NCBI RefSeq assembly: GCF_003918875.1 | Contig: NW_025767547.1 | Location: forward strand, 62,001 to 126,000 | Length of the DNA stretch: 64,000 nucleotides | Origin: Haliotis rubra | Lineage: Eukaryota | Direction: 5' to 3' | Made by a program: the position numbers and the translations under genes | Shown: positions 46,315 through 59,600 of the stretch, piece by piece | Layout of the letters: each line of letters begins with the position of its first letter | Position numbering within the stretch: the first letter of the stretch is position 1 | The notes under the pieces: generated by a model | The model's database searches: none | Seen by the model: the letters and a program-made list of their open reading frames with translations, nothing else | What the model was told of the DNA's origin: nothing

Positions 46315-47610
46315 CTAAATAGTGATAATTAAAATAACACTTACCGGTATCAAGCAAGTTGCATCCAGATTTCATCATGCATCTTACGATGCAGCACACA
46401 AAGAAGACACATTTCCCTACAAAAGATGATATTATAATTTATCTTTCTTGATCAGTATGAGGATAAGTTCTCATATGTGCTTTTGATTGGCAGAGCATGG
46501 ATTGTGAACCAGTCAATCAAGCTTTCTGAGATGTCATCCGGATGAGAATCAATAACAGGCACCAACCAGCCTGGAAAATTGTCAGAGATTAGTGTACCTT
46601 TATTATCCCTTGTTACAGTGGCATGGATTAGCGAGATTTATGTACTGGAGTGAGTGAGTTTTTATGCATCTTTTTGCAATATTCAAGCAATGTCCAGCAA
46701 GGGACACCAGAAATGGGCTTCAAACATTGTACCGATATGTCGGAACCTGGGTCTGTGACGTGACAAGCAAACGGTTAAACCACTAGGCTACCCCACCCCC
46801 CAATCTTGAACTGGATGTCAATTTGATTCAGTGTCAATGGGGTCAGTTCAAGAGATGTTGAGATTTTGTAGAGTGAACCAGCTGTGGCTTTACACAGAAG
46901 ATTTTTAACAATCATGTGAATAGTTTGTGTAGGGTTGCACAGCTGCAAAAGCAATTGGAAATACATCTAGTAATAAATATTAAATAAGGCATTGTTACAT
47001 TTATTATAACATCATTGGCATATGTTGCTGAACGGCACGCAATATTTGTTAGATTTTAGTTGAAATTTAATTCCAGGAATTTGCTTCATGTGACATACAC
47101 ATATTGAATAGATGAGACAGTAGATAATGAATGTTATATTGTTAGGCAGTCATTGGTAGATGTCAGTTTGGAAAGTAAGTATTTGTCTCCGCTGGGTGGA
47201 AACTCGACACTCCTGTATGGGAAATTTATCCAAAGGCACTATCAAGACAAAATTGCTTAATGGTTTTACAGATTTTCTATGTTTATTGTATGTTTTGTTT
47301 TACTCTTTGTAAAAATTGTTTTAAATGTACATCAGGTTTTCATCTGCAGTCATTGTTTAATATTTACCATACAACCAATTACTTATCTTATGATATTCTT
47401 TTATTCTTTTTTTGGTAAACAGAGTTTGGGGTGTGGGGTGGGGTGGGAAGTGTGGGCAGTGATCAAAATGAAAATTATCAATTGTGTAAAAACCTTTCAG
47501 TTTCAGCATATTTGTGAATACTTGGATTGGTTTCAGCTTTCATGTGTCAAACTGCAATCTCTTTAAAAATGTGACATATGGAACAGTTTTTGATAAAGTT
47601 TTGATGACAG

Positions 47611-50600
47611 ATGTGGCAGAAACTGAGAGAGTCAGCTATCCTGGCAGACGTCCCCAGCATGGAGTCACTCCAACACGCGGCGCCGACAATTGTGGGGTGC
47701 TGTGTTGCTGCATGGGCCGTTAGGGCAGCATGGAGGAAGCATGCATTTAACCAGAAGCTATCCAAGAAGAGAAGCCAGTTAGAAGCTTCCATGAACAAAT
47801 TACGACAACAGCTTTACCAATACCCAGTAAGATATAATTTCATGAATTTGTCCTCTTCCATGAACTATCCTAGAACCGATGCCTTTGATAATGTGAGTTA
47901 TAACACGCCTAGCTCAAAGATGTCTTTCTAGGACTGGGCACAGCTTATTATAAGGATTCATCATTATGCTAACATTGAGACTGAGCTGCCTGTTGTGTCG
48001 CGTGTGTTTGAGACTGAGCCGCCTGTTGTGTCGTGTGTTTGAGACTGAGCAGCCTGTTTGTGTCGTGTGTTTGAGACTGAGCTGCCTGTTGTGTCGTGTG
48101 TTTGAGACTGAGCTGCCTGTTGTGTCGTGTGTTTGAGACTGAGCTGCCCGTGTGTTTGAGACTGAGTTGCCTGTTGTGTGTGGTGTGTTTGAGACTGAGC
48201 TGCCTGTTGTGTCGTGTGTTTGAGACTGAGCTGCCTGTTGTGTAGGTGTGTTTGAGGCTGAGCTGCCTGTTGTGTATGCGTGCGTGTGTTTGAGACTGAG
48301 CTGCCTGTTGTGTCGTGTGTTCAATTTCTGTAGCATCATGTTAAAAATGATACTTCTTCAGGGCTCCAGATAAGGCCGGTATTGGCGCGATGTCACGGAT
48401 ATAAAATAATATGCACGAGGAAGGTAGGAAATAATTTAGAAACGTAAGCAGAATCGCACTACAGCAATGGTGAGACGGTCTTAGAATCATTTACAGGCGT
48501 GTTTATCTGAAAAGTATTGTTTTATTGTTCATTGACCTGTTTTACACAAGAGTAGCAATGTTGTGGTGCATATATGAAACGATCCACAAGATTACTGATA
48601 CACCATTAAATTCCATTCAATTACTCTAAATGTACTGCATTCCCAGTACTCTTATATTGAAAAAATAGACATTACTACTGGTGTTGAAAATTATCTGGAG
48701 CCCTACTTCTTTTTTACCAAGCCAGGCTCTTGGTATAAAGTGGATGAAAGAACAACTGGGTGGCTTTGTGCCTGTGTACTGTGTCTGACTTGGATATTCA
48801 CGTTCAACTGTGGCATAGCTTGCACTATCTCAGTGCAGTATAAAACCAACATTAATCTTGTTCATGGCATACAGCCCCATTCCAACTCATCTATTTGTTG
48901 GTGTTATGTTTTCAGTGGAAATTTGCATGTGGTGAAAAAAAGGAAATTTGTCATATATATCAGCAATTTTGGTGTACTTTGTTCCGCAGATGTACAAAAC
49001 TCCAACATGACCCTTGGCCTGTCAACATATTTATGTTAGTCTGTTTCACCAAAGACTTGTATCACTTTTGCTTGTCTTATCTTTTAAGCTGACTGGTTGT
49101 GGTCAAACAAATTTTGTTGAAACAGCATTAAACCCAACTCACTCACTCACTCACTTCAGCTGAGCCTGACGACAAGAGAGTATATCTTGAGCCTTTCACT
49201 GACAGACCTCCAGCACAAGCTCCAAAGAGGGGACCTGACAGCTATGGATGTGCTCCGAGCTTACCAGTCTCGGGTATGTATGGAGTACCCCTTCACCCAG
49301 AACAAGTATTCGGATTGTAAGTAAGGCTTAGAATTAGTTCTGTTTGGGACCTGACATTGACTATTTGGTGTTGTGAAGGGTCATGAAGTAAACTGACAAT
49401 TATTTTGCTTTTAGGAATCATGTCATTGTCATAATTTGATTAACTAATTTCATTAATATGGAACTACCTCTGCAGCATAGTGGTGTTGCAAAACATCGAG
49501 TCAGTGTCGACAGGGGAATGTGAACGGGCAGCCAGGTTCACAGAATCATCAGTGTATTTGGGATTGTAAACCATTGTGTTGTCATGGTTATGTTTTCAGG
49601 CTTTGGAGGTTGATGAGAAGATGAACTGCGTGGTAGAGCCAATTTTAGAAGCCGAGGTAAGTGATCATGAGTATCATTGTGTCAGCCTTACGTGTCATTG
49701 TATCATTGTGTCGACATCACTGTCAACATAAGCCATTTGTGTCAGTTGTGTCAACATAAGCCATTTGTGTTATTTGTGTCAACATTAGCCAACTGTCACA
49801 ATATCAACTTCAGTCATGTGTATCATTGTGTCAACATCAGTCATGTGTATCATTGTGTCAACATCAGTCATGTGTATCATTGTGTCAACATCAGTCATGT
49901 GTATCATTGTGTCAACATCAGTCATGTGTATCATTGTGTCAACATCAGTCATGTGTGTCATTGTGTCAACATCAGTCATGTGTATCATTGTGTATCATTG
50001 TGTCATTGTGTCAACGTGAGTTGTGTGTGTCATTGTGTCAACATCAGTCATGTGTATCATTGTGTCAACATCAGTCATGTGTATTATTATGTCGTCACTG
50101 ACCATGTGGCCTCAGTATCTATGTTTAATCCTTCCAGGAAATGTTGTACCGGTGAAAGTCCGGGTTAGAATATTGATCTTCAGTAACCCATGCTTGTCAT
50201 AAGAGGCGACTAACGGGATCGGGTGGACAGGCTTGCTGACTTGGTTGACACATGTCATTGATTCCCAATTGCGCAGATCAGTGCTCATGCTGTTGATCAC
50301 TGGATTGTCTGGTCCAGACTCGATTATTTACGGACAGCCGCCATTTGGCTGGAATATTGATGAATGCGGCTTAAAACTTCACTGGCTCACTGGCTCACTC
50401 TGGCTCACTCACTCACTCACTCACTCACCCACCCACCCACTCACTCACTCACTCACTCACTCACTCCAGGACCTTGACCTTGTAGTAAGGGATGTAACTC
50501 TCTCTCTGCAGGAACTGGCAATGTTATGTGACTCCAAGACCGATCCGAAGGGACCACTTCATGGTATTCCAGTCAGCGTCAAGGAAAACATTGAACTGAA

Positions 50601-53600
50601 GGTTGGTGGGTTGAGGTTAAACTGACACTTTTTAACGAGTACTTGTCATAAAAGAGGTACATGTATGTCAGTGTTCGCAGTAGGAAAGAATTTTTGCATT
50701 CCTAAAAGGATAGCCCCGAGAATCTTGCGTGTGCATGCACCAGCATCCCATCATAAAAGTTTGAAATTTAGACATTATTTCCTTGCATGTTAGAGCATGT
50801 TGTCATCGGTCGCAAGTTAAATTAGCTGTGAGAATCTATATTTTATTATGTTGTTTCCTTGAGGGAAAATATATTTTTCCCAGAACACAGAACACAAAAT
50901 GCTTTGCGTGCTAAACACGCAGGTAGATAATATTGTGCGTTAAAGGTAGATTTATTTGTGTGAAACACGCAGGTTTTTGCGTTGACACGAACTCTCTTTT
51001 TACGAAAATGTGTTTATGTGAATCCAACATGTCCTTCTTGTGGCTGCAGGGTTATGACTGCACGGGTGGTATGGAATACTACGTCAACAAGCCGGTAGCT
51101 CAAGATGCAGTGGTTATCCAGGTAACGGCTGCGCCCATACACTTCAGACAGGTTGTGTTTACTTATCACACACTTCAGACAGGTTGTGTTTACTTATCAC
51201 AGACTTCAGACTGGCTGTGTTTACTTATCACACTCTTCAGGCAGGTTGTGTTTAGTTATCACACACTTCAGACAGGTTGTGTTTACTTATCACACACTTC
51301 AGACAGGTTGTGTTTACTTATCACACACTTCAGACAGGTTGTGTTTACTTATCACAGACTTCAGACAGGTTGTGTTTACTTATCACACACTTCAGACAGG
51401 TTGTGTTTACTTATCACACACTTCAGACAGGTTGTGTTTAGTTATCACACACTTCAGACAGGTTGTGTTTACTTATCACAGACTTCAGACTGGCTGTGTT
51501 TACTTATCACACTCTTCAGGCAGGTTGTGTTTAGTTATCACACACTTCAGACAGGTTGTGTTTACTTATCATCACACACTTCAGACAGGTTGTGTTTACT
51601 TATTACACACTTCAGACAGGTTGTGTTTACTTATCACACACTTCAGACAGGTTGTGTTTACTTATTACACACTTCAGACAGGTTGTGTTTACTTATTACA
51701 CACTTCAGACAAGTTGTGTTTACTTATCACACACTTCAGACAGGTTGTGTTTACTTATTACACACTTCAGACAGGTTGTGTTTACTTATTACACACTTCA
51801 GACAAGTTGTGCTTACTTATCACACACTCCAGACAGGTTGGTACTTATTTACTTATCACACACTTCAGACAGGTTGTGTTTACTTATTACACACTTCAGA
51901 CAGGTTGTGTTTACTTATTACACACTTCAGACAGGTTGTGCTTACTTATCACACACTTCAGACAGGTTGTGTTTACTTATTACATGCTTCAGACAGGTTG
52001 TGTTTACTTATCACTTCAGACAGGTCATGTTTACTTATCACACACTTCAGACAGGTTGTGTTTACTTATTACACACTTCAGACAGGTTGTGTTTACTTGT
52101 TTACTTATTACACACTTCAGACAGGTTGTGTTTACTTATTACACACTTCAGACAGGTTGTGTTTACTTGTTTACTTATTACACACTTCAGACAGGTTGTG
52201 TTTACTTATTACACACTTCAGACAGGTTGTGTTTACTTATTACACACTTCAGACAGGTTGTGTTTACTTATTATCACTTCAGACAGGTCATGTGTACTTA
52301 TCACACACTTCAGACAGGTTGTGTTTACTTATTACAAAGTTCAGACAGGTTGTGTTTCTTCATGTACTTACACACACTTCAGACAGGTTGTGTTTACTTA
52401 TTACACACTTCAGACAGGTTGTGTTTACTTATTACACACTTCAGACAGGTTGTGTTTACTTATCACACACTTCAGACAGGTTGTGTTTACTTATTACACG
52501 CTTCAGACAGGCTGTGTTTACTTATCACTTCAGACAGGTCATGTTTACTTATGACACTTCAGACAGGTTGTGTTTACTTATCACTTCAGACAGGTCATGT
52601 TTACTTATCACACACTTCAGACAGGTCATGTTTACTTATCACACACTTCAGACAGGTCATGTTTACTTATCACACACTTCAGACAGGTTGTGTTTACTTA
52701 TTACACACTTCAGACAGGTTGTGTTTACTTATCACACACTTCAGACAGGTTGTGTTTACTTATTACACACTTCAGACAGGTCATGTGTACTTATCACACA
52801 CTTCAGACAGGTTGTGTTTACTCATCGCACACTTCAGTCAGGTTGTGTTTACTTATCACACACTTTAGACAGGTCATTCTTAGTGTTTATGTGATAACCT
52901 ATTCTATGTGTGATTTTTACTCTCAGTGTTTAAATGTGTTTTGTCCTACACTGACACCTCTATATACTTAGTGTTATAATGATCTGTATGTGATCAATCT
53001 TTTTTCTTAGTGATGAAATGCTGACAGTTCCAGTTTGTGTAATATTTTCCAAAGTTTGCTAGCCGTTTGGGCCAGCTATGCCTGAAAGTTACTAGCCCAC
53101 AAAAGGATTCACAGCCCGAAATTTTAATGTAGAAACTAAGCAAAAGATTACAAAAATAGATGAGAAGAAGATATTGTAGACATGACCGGGTTTCGTCATT
53201 AAGGTGCTAATATGATGATTTTTATCAGGCCATAATCTTGCATGGTTTAAAAGCATATTATAATTTAACAAATGAGAGAGAGCGATATATTTACAAAATG
53301 ACCCCATGAAAACTCATTAGCCAGTCGGGCCAGTGACTGGAGATTTACTGGCCCGACTGAATTTTTACTAGCCACAGGCCAGCGGGCCAATGGCTATTTG
53401 GAACACTGGACAGTTCTACACATCCTGGATGATCTCCAGGGTATACGTTCCGATAAATCTCCACTGTACCCTGGATGCATCTACGGCTCGAGCCGATGAT
53501 TTCATTACCTCCCTTGGTTGGCTTTTTTATCCAATCAGGTGTCTACGCTGGGAAGTTGAGCATACCAATCACAACTCACTTTCGCTTTTTAAATCATCTA

Positions 53601-56600
53601 ACCGATTAAACTTGGCAACACAATAATATATCGTTGCCGAGGTACTCTGAAAGAGGTAGAAGGAGTTCTGGCATATATATTTTGGGGGGGTTTCAGACCT
53701 GTCAATTTGTCTGTATGTTTTCCCCCCAAATCTGAATCACACTGCAAACAAACTTTCGCGGCTGCGATCGCTATCTTTCTTGACACTGGCAAGCTCAGTT
53801 GTAACGGTGGCTTATCTGATTGGCTACTGTGAGAATGCGGAGCCAGCAAAGGGAGGTAATAAAATCATCGGCTCAAGCCATAGATGCATCCAGGATATAG
53901 TGGAGATTTATCGGAACATATACCCTGGAGATTATCGAGATGAGTTCTACACTGCAGTGTCCTATGTGATCGCTCTGCACAAATTGATGAAATGTTCTAT
54001 ATATGACAGGTGCTGAAACAACAAGGCGCTATTCCCTTCATGAGGACAAATATCCCCCAAACTTTGTACAGGTATGCTTGATCTTGTACACTAAAAGTGA
54101 TAATACTATAAAAATGAACTTATTATGCAACAGATTCTTCTTATATCAGCTGTTTGCTGGGTATGTGCCCTCACAGTGGCTGGTTGGTTGGTTGGTTGGT
54201 TGGTTGGTTGGTTAATTGGTTGGTTGATGTTTAATGCCGCACTCAGCAATATTCAAGCTATTTTGCAGCAGTTTGTAAATTATCGAGTCTGGACCAGACA
54301 ATTCAGTGATCAACAACATGAGCATCGATCTATGCAATTGGGATACGAAGACGTGTGCCAACCAAGTCAGCAAGCCTGACCACCCGATCCTGTTAGTTGC
54401 CTTTTTAAGACAAGCATGGGTTACTGAAGACCGATCCTAATCGCTCATCCATAACAGGGTGAAAACTTTTATGGACATTTTCAATATGTTGAATTTTTTG
54501 GTGGAGCATCTTAAAGAAGTTCTCATTTTCAGTTACGCTTGCTCTAATCCCATATATGGCGTGACAACACATCCCAAAGATCCCACCAGGAGCCCTGGTG
54601 GGTCATCAGGGGGTGAGGGTGCCCTTCTTGGGGCTGGAGGCTCAATCTGTGGGCTGGGGACAGACATTGGGGGCAGTGTGCGAGTACCTGCTCAGATGTG
54701 TGGTGTGTGCGCCCTCAAGCCCACCAGAGGGAGACTCAGGTATGTTCTTCTGCACTTTGTCCTTGTAATAATAACAAACTGCTGTGCAGTTATTTAAAGG
54801 TTGCTATCAAGCAACACATAAAGGCTGGAAGTCTCCAAGTAACTTGTGACCTAAATATGTTGTGACAAAATTGCCATCCTCAAAGGATATTATGAATACA
54901 GTTTAAAGGGATGTTTATAAGTCATTCATGAAATAATTTCCAAGTGTCACATCTTAGTTCGTGCACGATTCAAATCTCAAAACAACACAATAGAACTCCC
55001 CACAGCAAAGCCTAAAGTGTAAGAGTAAACTGAGTTGTGCCTATGTTTTGAAGACAAAACTTCTGTGATGTGTAAAAATATGTTGTGATTCATCTCACTG
55101 TTGCAGTTATATGTAAAACTATACAAACAAACGATCGTGTTTCAAATTCATTTATTAAGCGATTCAACACACTTGCATTACGAAATAAACACTATCAGTA
55201 CACACAATGTCTGATGCAGAACTTAACCAGGTCAGTGTGTGTTTGTTTTTAGTCCTGAGGGCCACTTCACTGTGAATCCCGGACAGACACTAGGTGAGTG
55301 TGACACCCATATGTGACGTTAGCCGTGTGTTCTTGTACTACAGGAAGGGAGCTGACATGTTTGGGGACCAGTTATTTTCTAAAAATCTGTCAAAGGCGAT
55401 GATGCATTGCTATGTGTTTGTAACCATGTTCTAATAATAGTAACAACTCTAAACTCAACTCGATCATGTTTCAAATTCTTCGACATTACAGTTAACTACT
55501 GTTAAGAAGTCAAAGGCAAAACTAATTCATCAATAGTTCACCATAACCGTAGTTCATTTTATGCATTTCAACTAGAAATGCAGCAAGTGGTTGACTCAAA
55601 AATACCAAAGTTCATTAATCCGGCAGTTGATTATAACCATGTTCGTTGTAAATGTAGCTTCCTGTAAACATATTTTGTGGCAAAATTTTGTTAACTAACA
55701 TGCTTGAGGTAAATGTTTGGCAACTTAAAGACATGAAAAACGTCCAGTACCCTTCGATTGTGCATGCATTTTTATGAAGGATGCATTCAATTTTAGAATG
55801 TTTAGTATACTAAAGAAGGATTCATATTTGTGTTGTATATCTTCTCCATAGTGTAAAGGATATTGATTTATCTTCCTTGACCACTGGTCAGGGTTTGAGA
55901 ACCTGCTATGTATGATAGCTGTTTGTTCATCCTCCATCCTTGAAGGTCCGGGTTAGAATGAACCTTCAGTAACCCATGCTTGTCGTAAGAGGCGACTAAC
56001 TGGATTGGGTGGTCAGGCTCGCTGGCTTGGTTGACACATGTCATCGGCTCCCAATTGCGTAGGTGCATGCTCATGCTGTTGATCACTGGATTGTCTGGTC
56101 CAATCTCGATTATTTACAGACCACCGCCATATAGCTGGAATATTGCCGAGTGCGGCGTAAAACTAAACTCACTCACTCAGTGGTTCATCCTCCCTGACCA
56201 GAGAACTTTGAGGTTGTGAGTACTGATGATATATTAAAGGCCGTTGCTTCATCACTCTGTCCACAGTTGAGGTAGTGAACGACCACTACATATAAAAGCA
56301 GTTGCTTTATCCCCCCTGTCCACAGTTAAGGTTATGAGCATCTGCTGTGGTTACAGGCTGTTGCTTTATCCCACCTGTCCTCAGTTGAGGGTGTAGGATC
56401 TGATGAGTATAAAGACAGTTATCCCTCTCTTATGACCATTGTTCAAGAATTGTGATTGAATAAAAGCATCTGGGCCTACTTCCACAAAGTGATCTTAGTG
56501 CTAACCATCTTAAGTCTATATTAGAGTGTGGTATGTATCATCGTAAGGCTTTAGTTGCACAGGCCCCCACTGCAGGTCAGAAAATCGATAAACTAGGCCC

Positions 56601-59600
56601 CAGTTTAGTATCAACACCCCATACTATATAATACATAAAGGTTCATCACAGAAATACGGTGACATGATCGAAAACCGGACAATTACACACATGTCAATGA
56701 ATATATCGTATTTTAAAGGTCTCACAAGTATCAAAAGCTTTTGTCCATATCTCCGATGTATGTAGGAGGCATATACATGGGCTTTCCGTGGGGATGCATT
56801 TGATGGTTTTTATTAAATCGCCAAAGACCGAGTTGCTGTGCCAGAAGTATACAAAACTAGCTTGTCTGCGATTGACTTCACTACCTCCGGCGATCTGATT
56901 GGCTAACACATTACACTGAATGAATGTGTTTCTTTAAAAAATATTTGTACTCGTTTTTAAAATTATTCTTACCAAGATAAAACATCAGATAGTGACATCT
57001 TGGATGATAGACGTTTGAGTTTCCCTCTCATTTTCGCACGTGCATTTGTTGTCATTTTATTTACCAATTTGATTGAGCTGACGACCTAGTTTTGTACACT
57101 TCCGGCACAGCAACTCGGTCTTTGGCGATTTAATAAAACCCATCAAATGCATCCTGACGGAAAGCGCATGTATATGCCTCCTATATACATCGGAGATATG
57201 GACAAAAGCTTTTGATACTTGTGAGACCTTTAAAATACGATATAGTCATTGACGTGTGTGTAATTGTCCGGTTTTCGATCATGTCACCGTATTTCTGTGA
57301 TGAACCTTTATGTATTATATAGTAGGGGGTGTTGATACTAAACTGGGGCCTAGTTTATCGGTTTTCTGACCCGCAGTGGGGGCCTGTGTTTAGTTGCTAT
57401 GTATAAAGGCTGTTACTTTATCCACCTCCCCTATCCTCAGTTGAGATTCTGAGCATCTGTTATGTACGGAGGCTGTTGTTTTATCTCCCCCACTCCTATC
57501 CTCAGCTGATATTTTGAGCATCTGTGATGTATAAAGGCTGTTGCTTTATCCTCCCTGTCCACAGTTCAAGGTGTAGTTGGTCCTATGGCACAGGATGTGG
57601 AGGGTCTGGTTAAACTCACAGAGGCTCTCATGGCCCCTGAGATGTTCGCCCGTGACCCTCAAGTTGTCCCAATTCCTTTTAGGAAAGAGGTGATTATGAC
57701 CATTGTTCTTTTCTATGAAAGCCCATTTCTGGTGTCACCCACTGTGATATTGCTGGAATGTTGTAGTGTCTAACTAAACTAACACTCACTACCATCATTT
57801 GCCAACCCAGATATTTTATGGCCACAATTAGAATATTACTGATTTTGGATCTCCAGCAAAAATGGCTGGTTTGATAAGGACTTTTGAACCAGAATAATGT
57901 GACATCTTAATGAAAATCTTCACTTCAAGATGTTTGACAGAAAAAAATTCCATTAATGTTCAGAAAACCCATGATCTATACTGTTATTGCTATTGTAACT
58001 AAATAAAGTCCGAGTCCTTCATTACATGTGACCCTATGTGATGTGTCTCATTACATGTGACCCCATGTGATGTCTCATTACATGTGACCCTATGTGATGT
58101 GTCTCATTACATGTGACCCCATGTGATGTCTCATTACATGTGACCCTATGTGATGTGTCTCATTACATGTGACCCTATGGGATGTGTCTCATTACATGTG
58201 ACCCCTTTAGATGTGTCTCATCACATGTGATCAAATGTGAATGTGTCTCATTACATGTGACCCAGTGTGATGTGTCTCATTACATGTGACCCAGTGTGAC
58301 TCATTACATGTGATGTGTCTCATTACATGTGATGATGTGTCTCATTACATGTGACCCTATGGGATGTGTCTCATTACATGTGACCCTATGTGATGTGTCT
58401 CATTGATGTGTCTCATTACATGTGACCCCTTTAGATGTGTCTCATCACATGTGATCAAATGTGAATGTGTCTCATTACATGTGACCCTATGTGATGTGTC
58501 TCATTACATGTGACCCTATGTGATGTGTCTCATTACATGTGACCCTATGGGATGTGTCTCATTACATGTGACCCTATGGGATGTGTCTCATTGACCCATG
58601 TGTCTCATTACATGTGATGTGTCTCATACATGTGACCCATGTGACCCTATGGGATGTGTCTCATACATGTGACCCAATGTGATGTGTCTCATGTGACCCT
58701 ATGGGATGTGTCTCATTACATGTGACCCTATGTGATGTGTCTCATTACATGTGACCCTATGTGATGTGTCTCATTACATGTGACCCTATGTGATGTGTCT
58801 CATTACATGTGACCCTATGGGATGTGTCTCATTACATGTGACCCTATGTGATGTGTCTCATTACATGTGACCCCTATGATGATGTGTCTCATTACATGTG
58901 ACCCTATGTGATGTGTCTCATTACATGTGACCCTATGTGATGATGTGTCTCTCATTACATGTGACCCTATGTGATGTGTCTCATTACATGTGACCCTATG
59001 GGATGTGTCTCATTACATGTGACCCTATGTGATGTGTCTCATTACATGTGATGATGTGTCTCATTACATGTGACCCTATGTGATGTGTCTCATTACATGT
59101 GACCCTATGATGTGTCTCATTACATGTGACCCTATGTGATGTGTCTCATTACATGTGACCCTATGTGATGTGTCTCATTACATGTGACCCTATGTGATGT
59201 GTCTCATTACATGTGATGTGTCTCATTACATGTGACCCTATGGGATGTGTCTCATTACATGTGACCCTATGTGATGTGTCTCATTACATGTGACCCTATG
59301 GGATGTGTCTCATTACATGTGACCCTATGTGATGTGTCTCATTGACCCATGTGACTCCTACATGGGATGATGTGTCTCATTACATGTGACCCTATGTGAT
59401 GTGTCTCATTACATGTGTGATGTGTCTCCCTATGTGACCCTATGATGTGTCTCATTACATGTGACCCCTTATGGGATGTGTCTCATTACATGTGACCCTA
59501 TGGGATGTGTCTCATTACATGTGACCCTATGTGATGTGTCTCATTACATGTGACCCTATGTGATGTGTCTCATTACATGTGACCCTCATGGGATGTGTCC

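Noticed and set aside
50933-52971. Long 653/571/332-aa ORFs
   Set aside because: Stop-free 31-bp intronic minisatellite open in all three frames; only 51050-51121 is a real FAAH exon.
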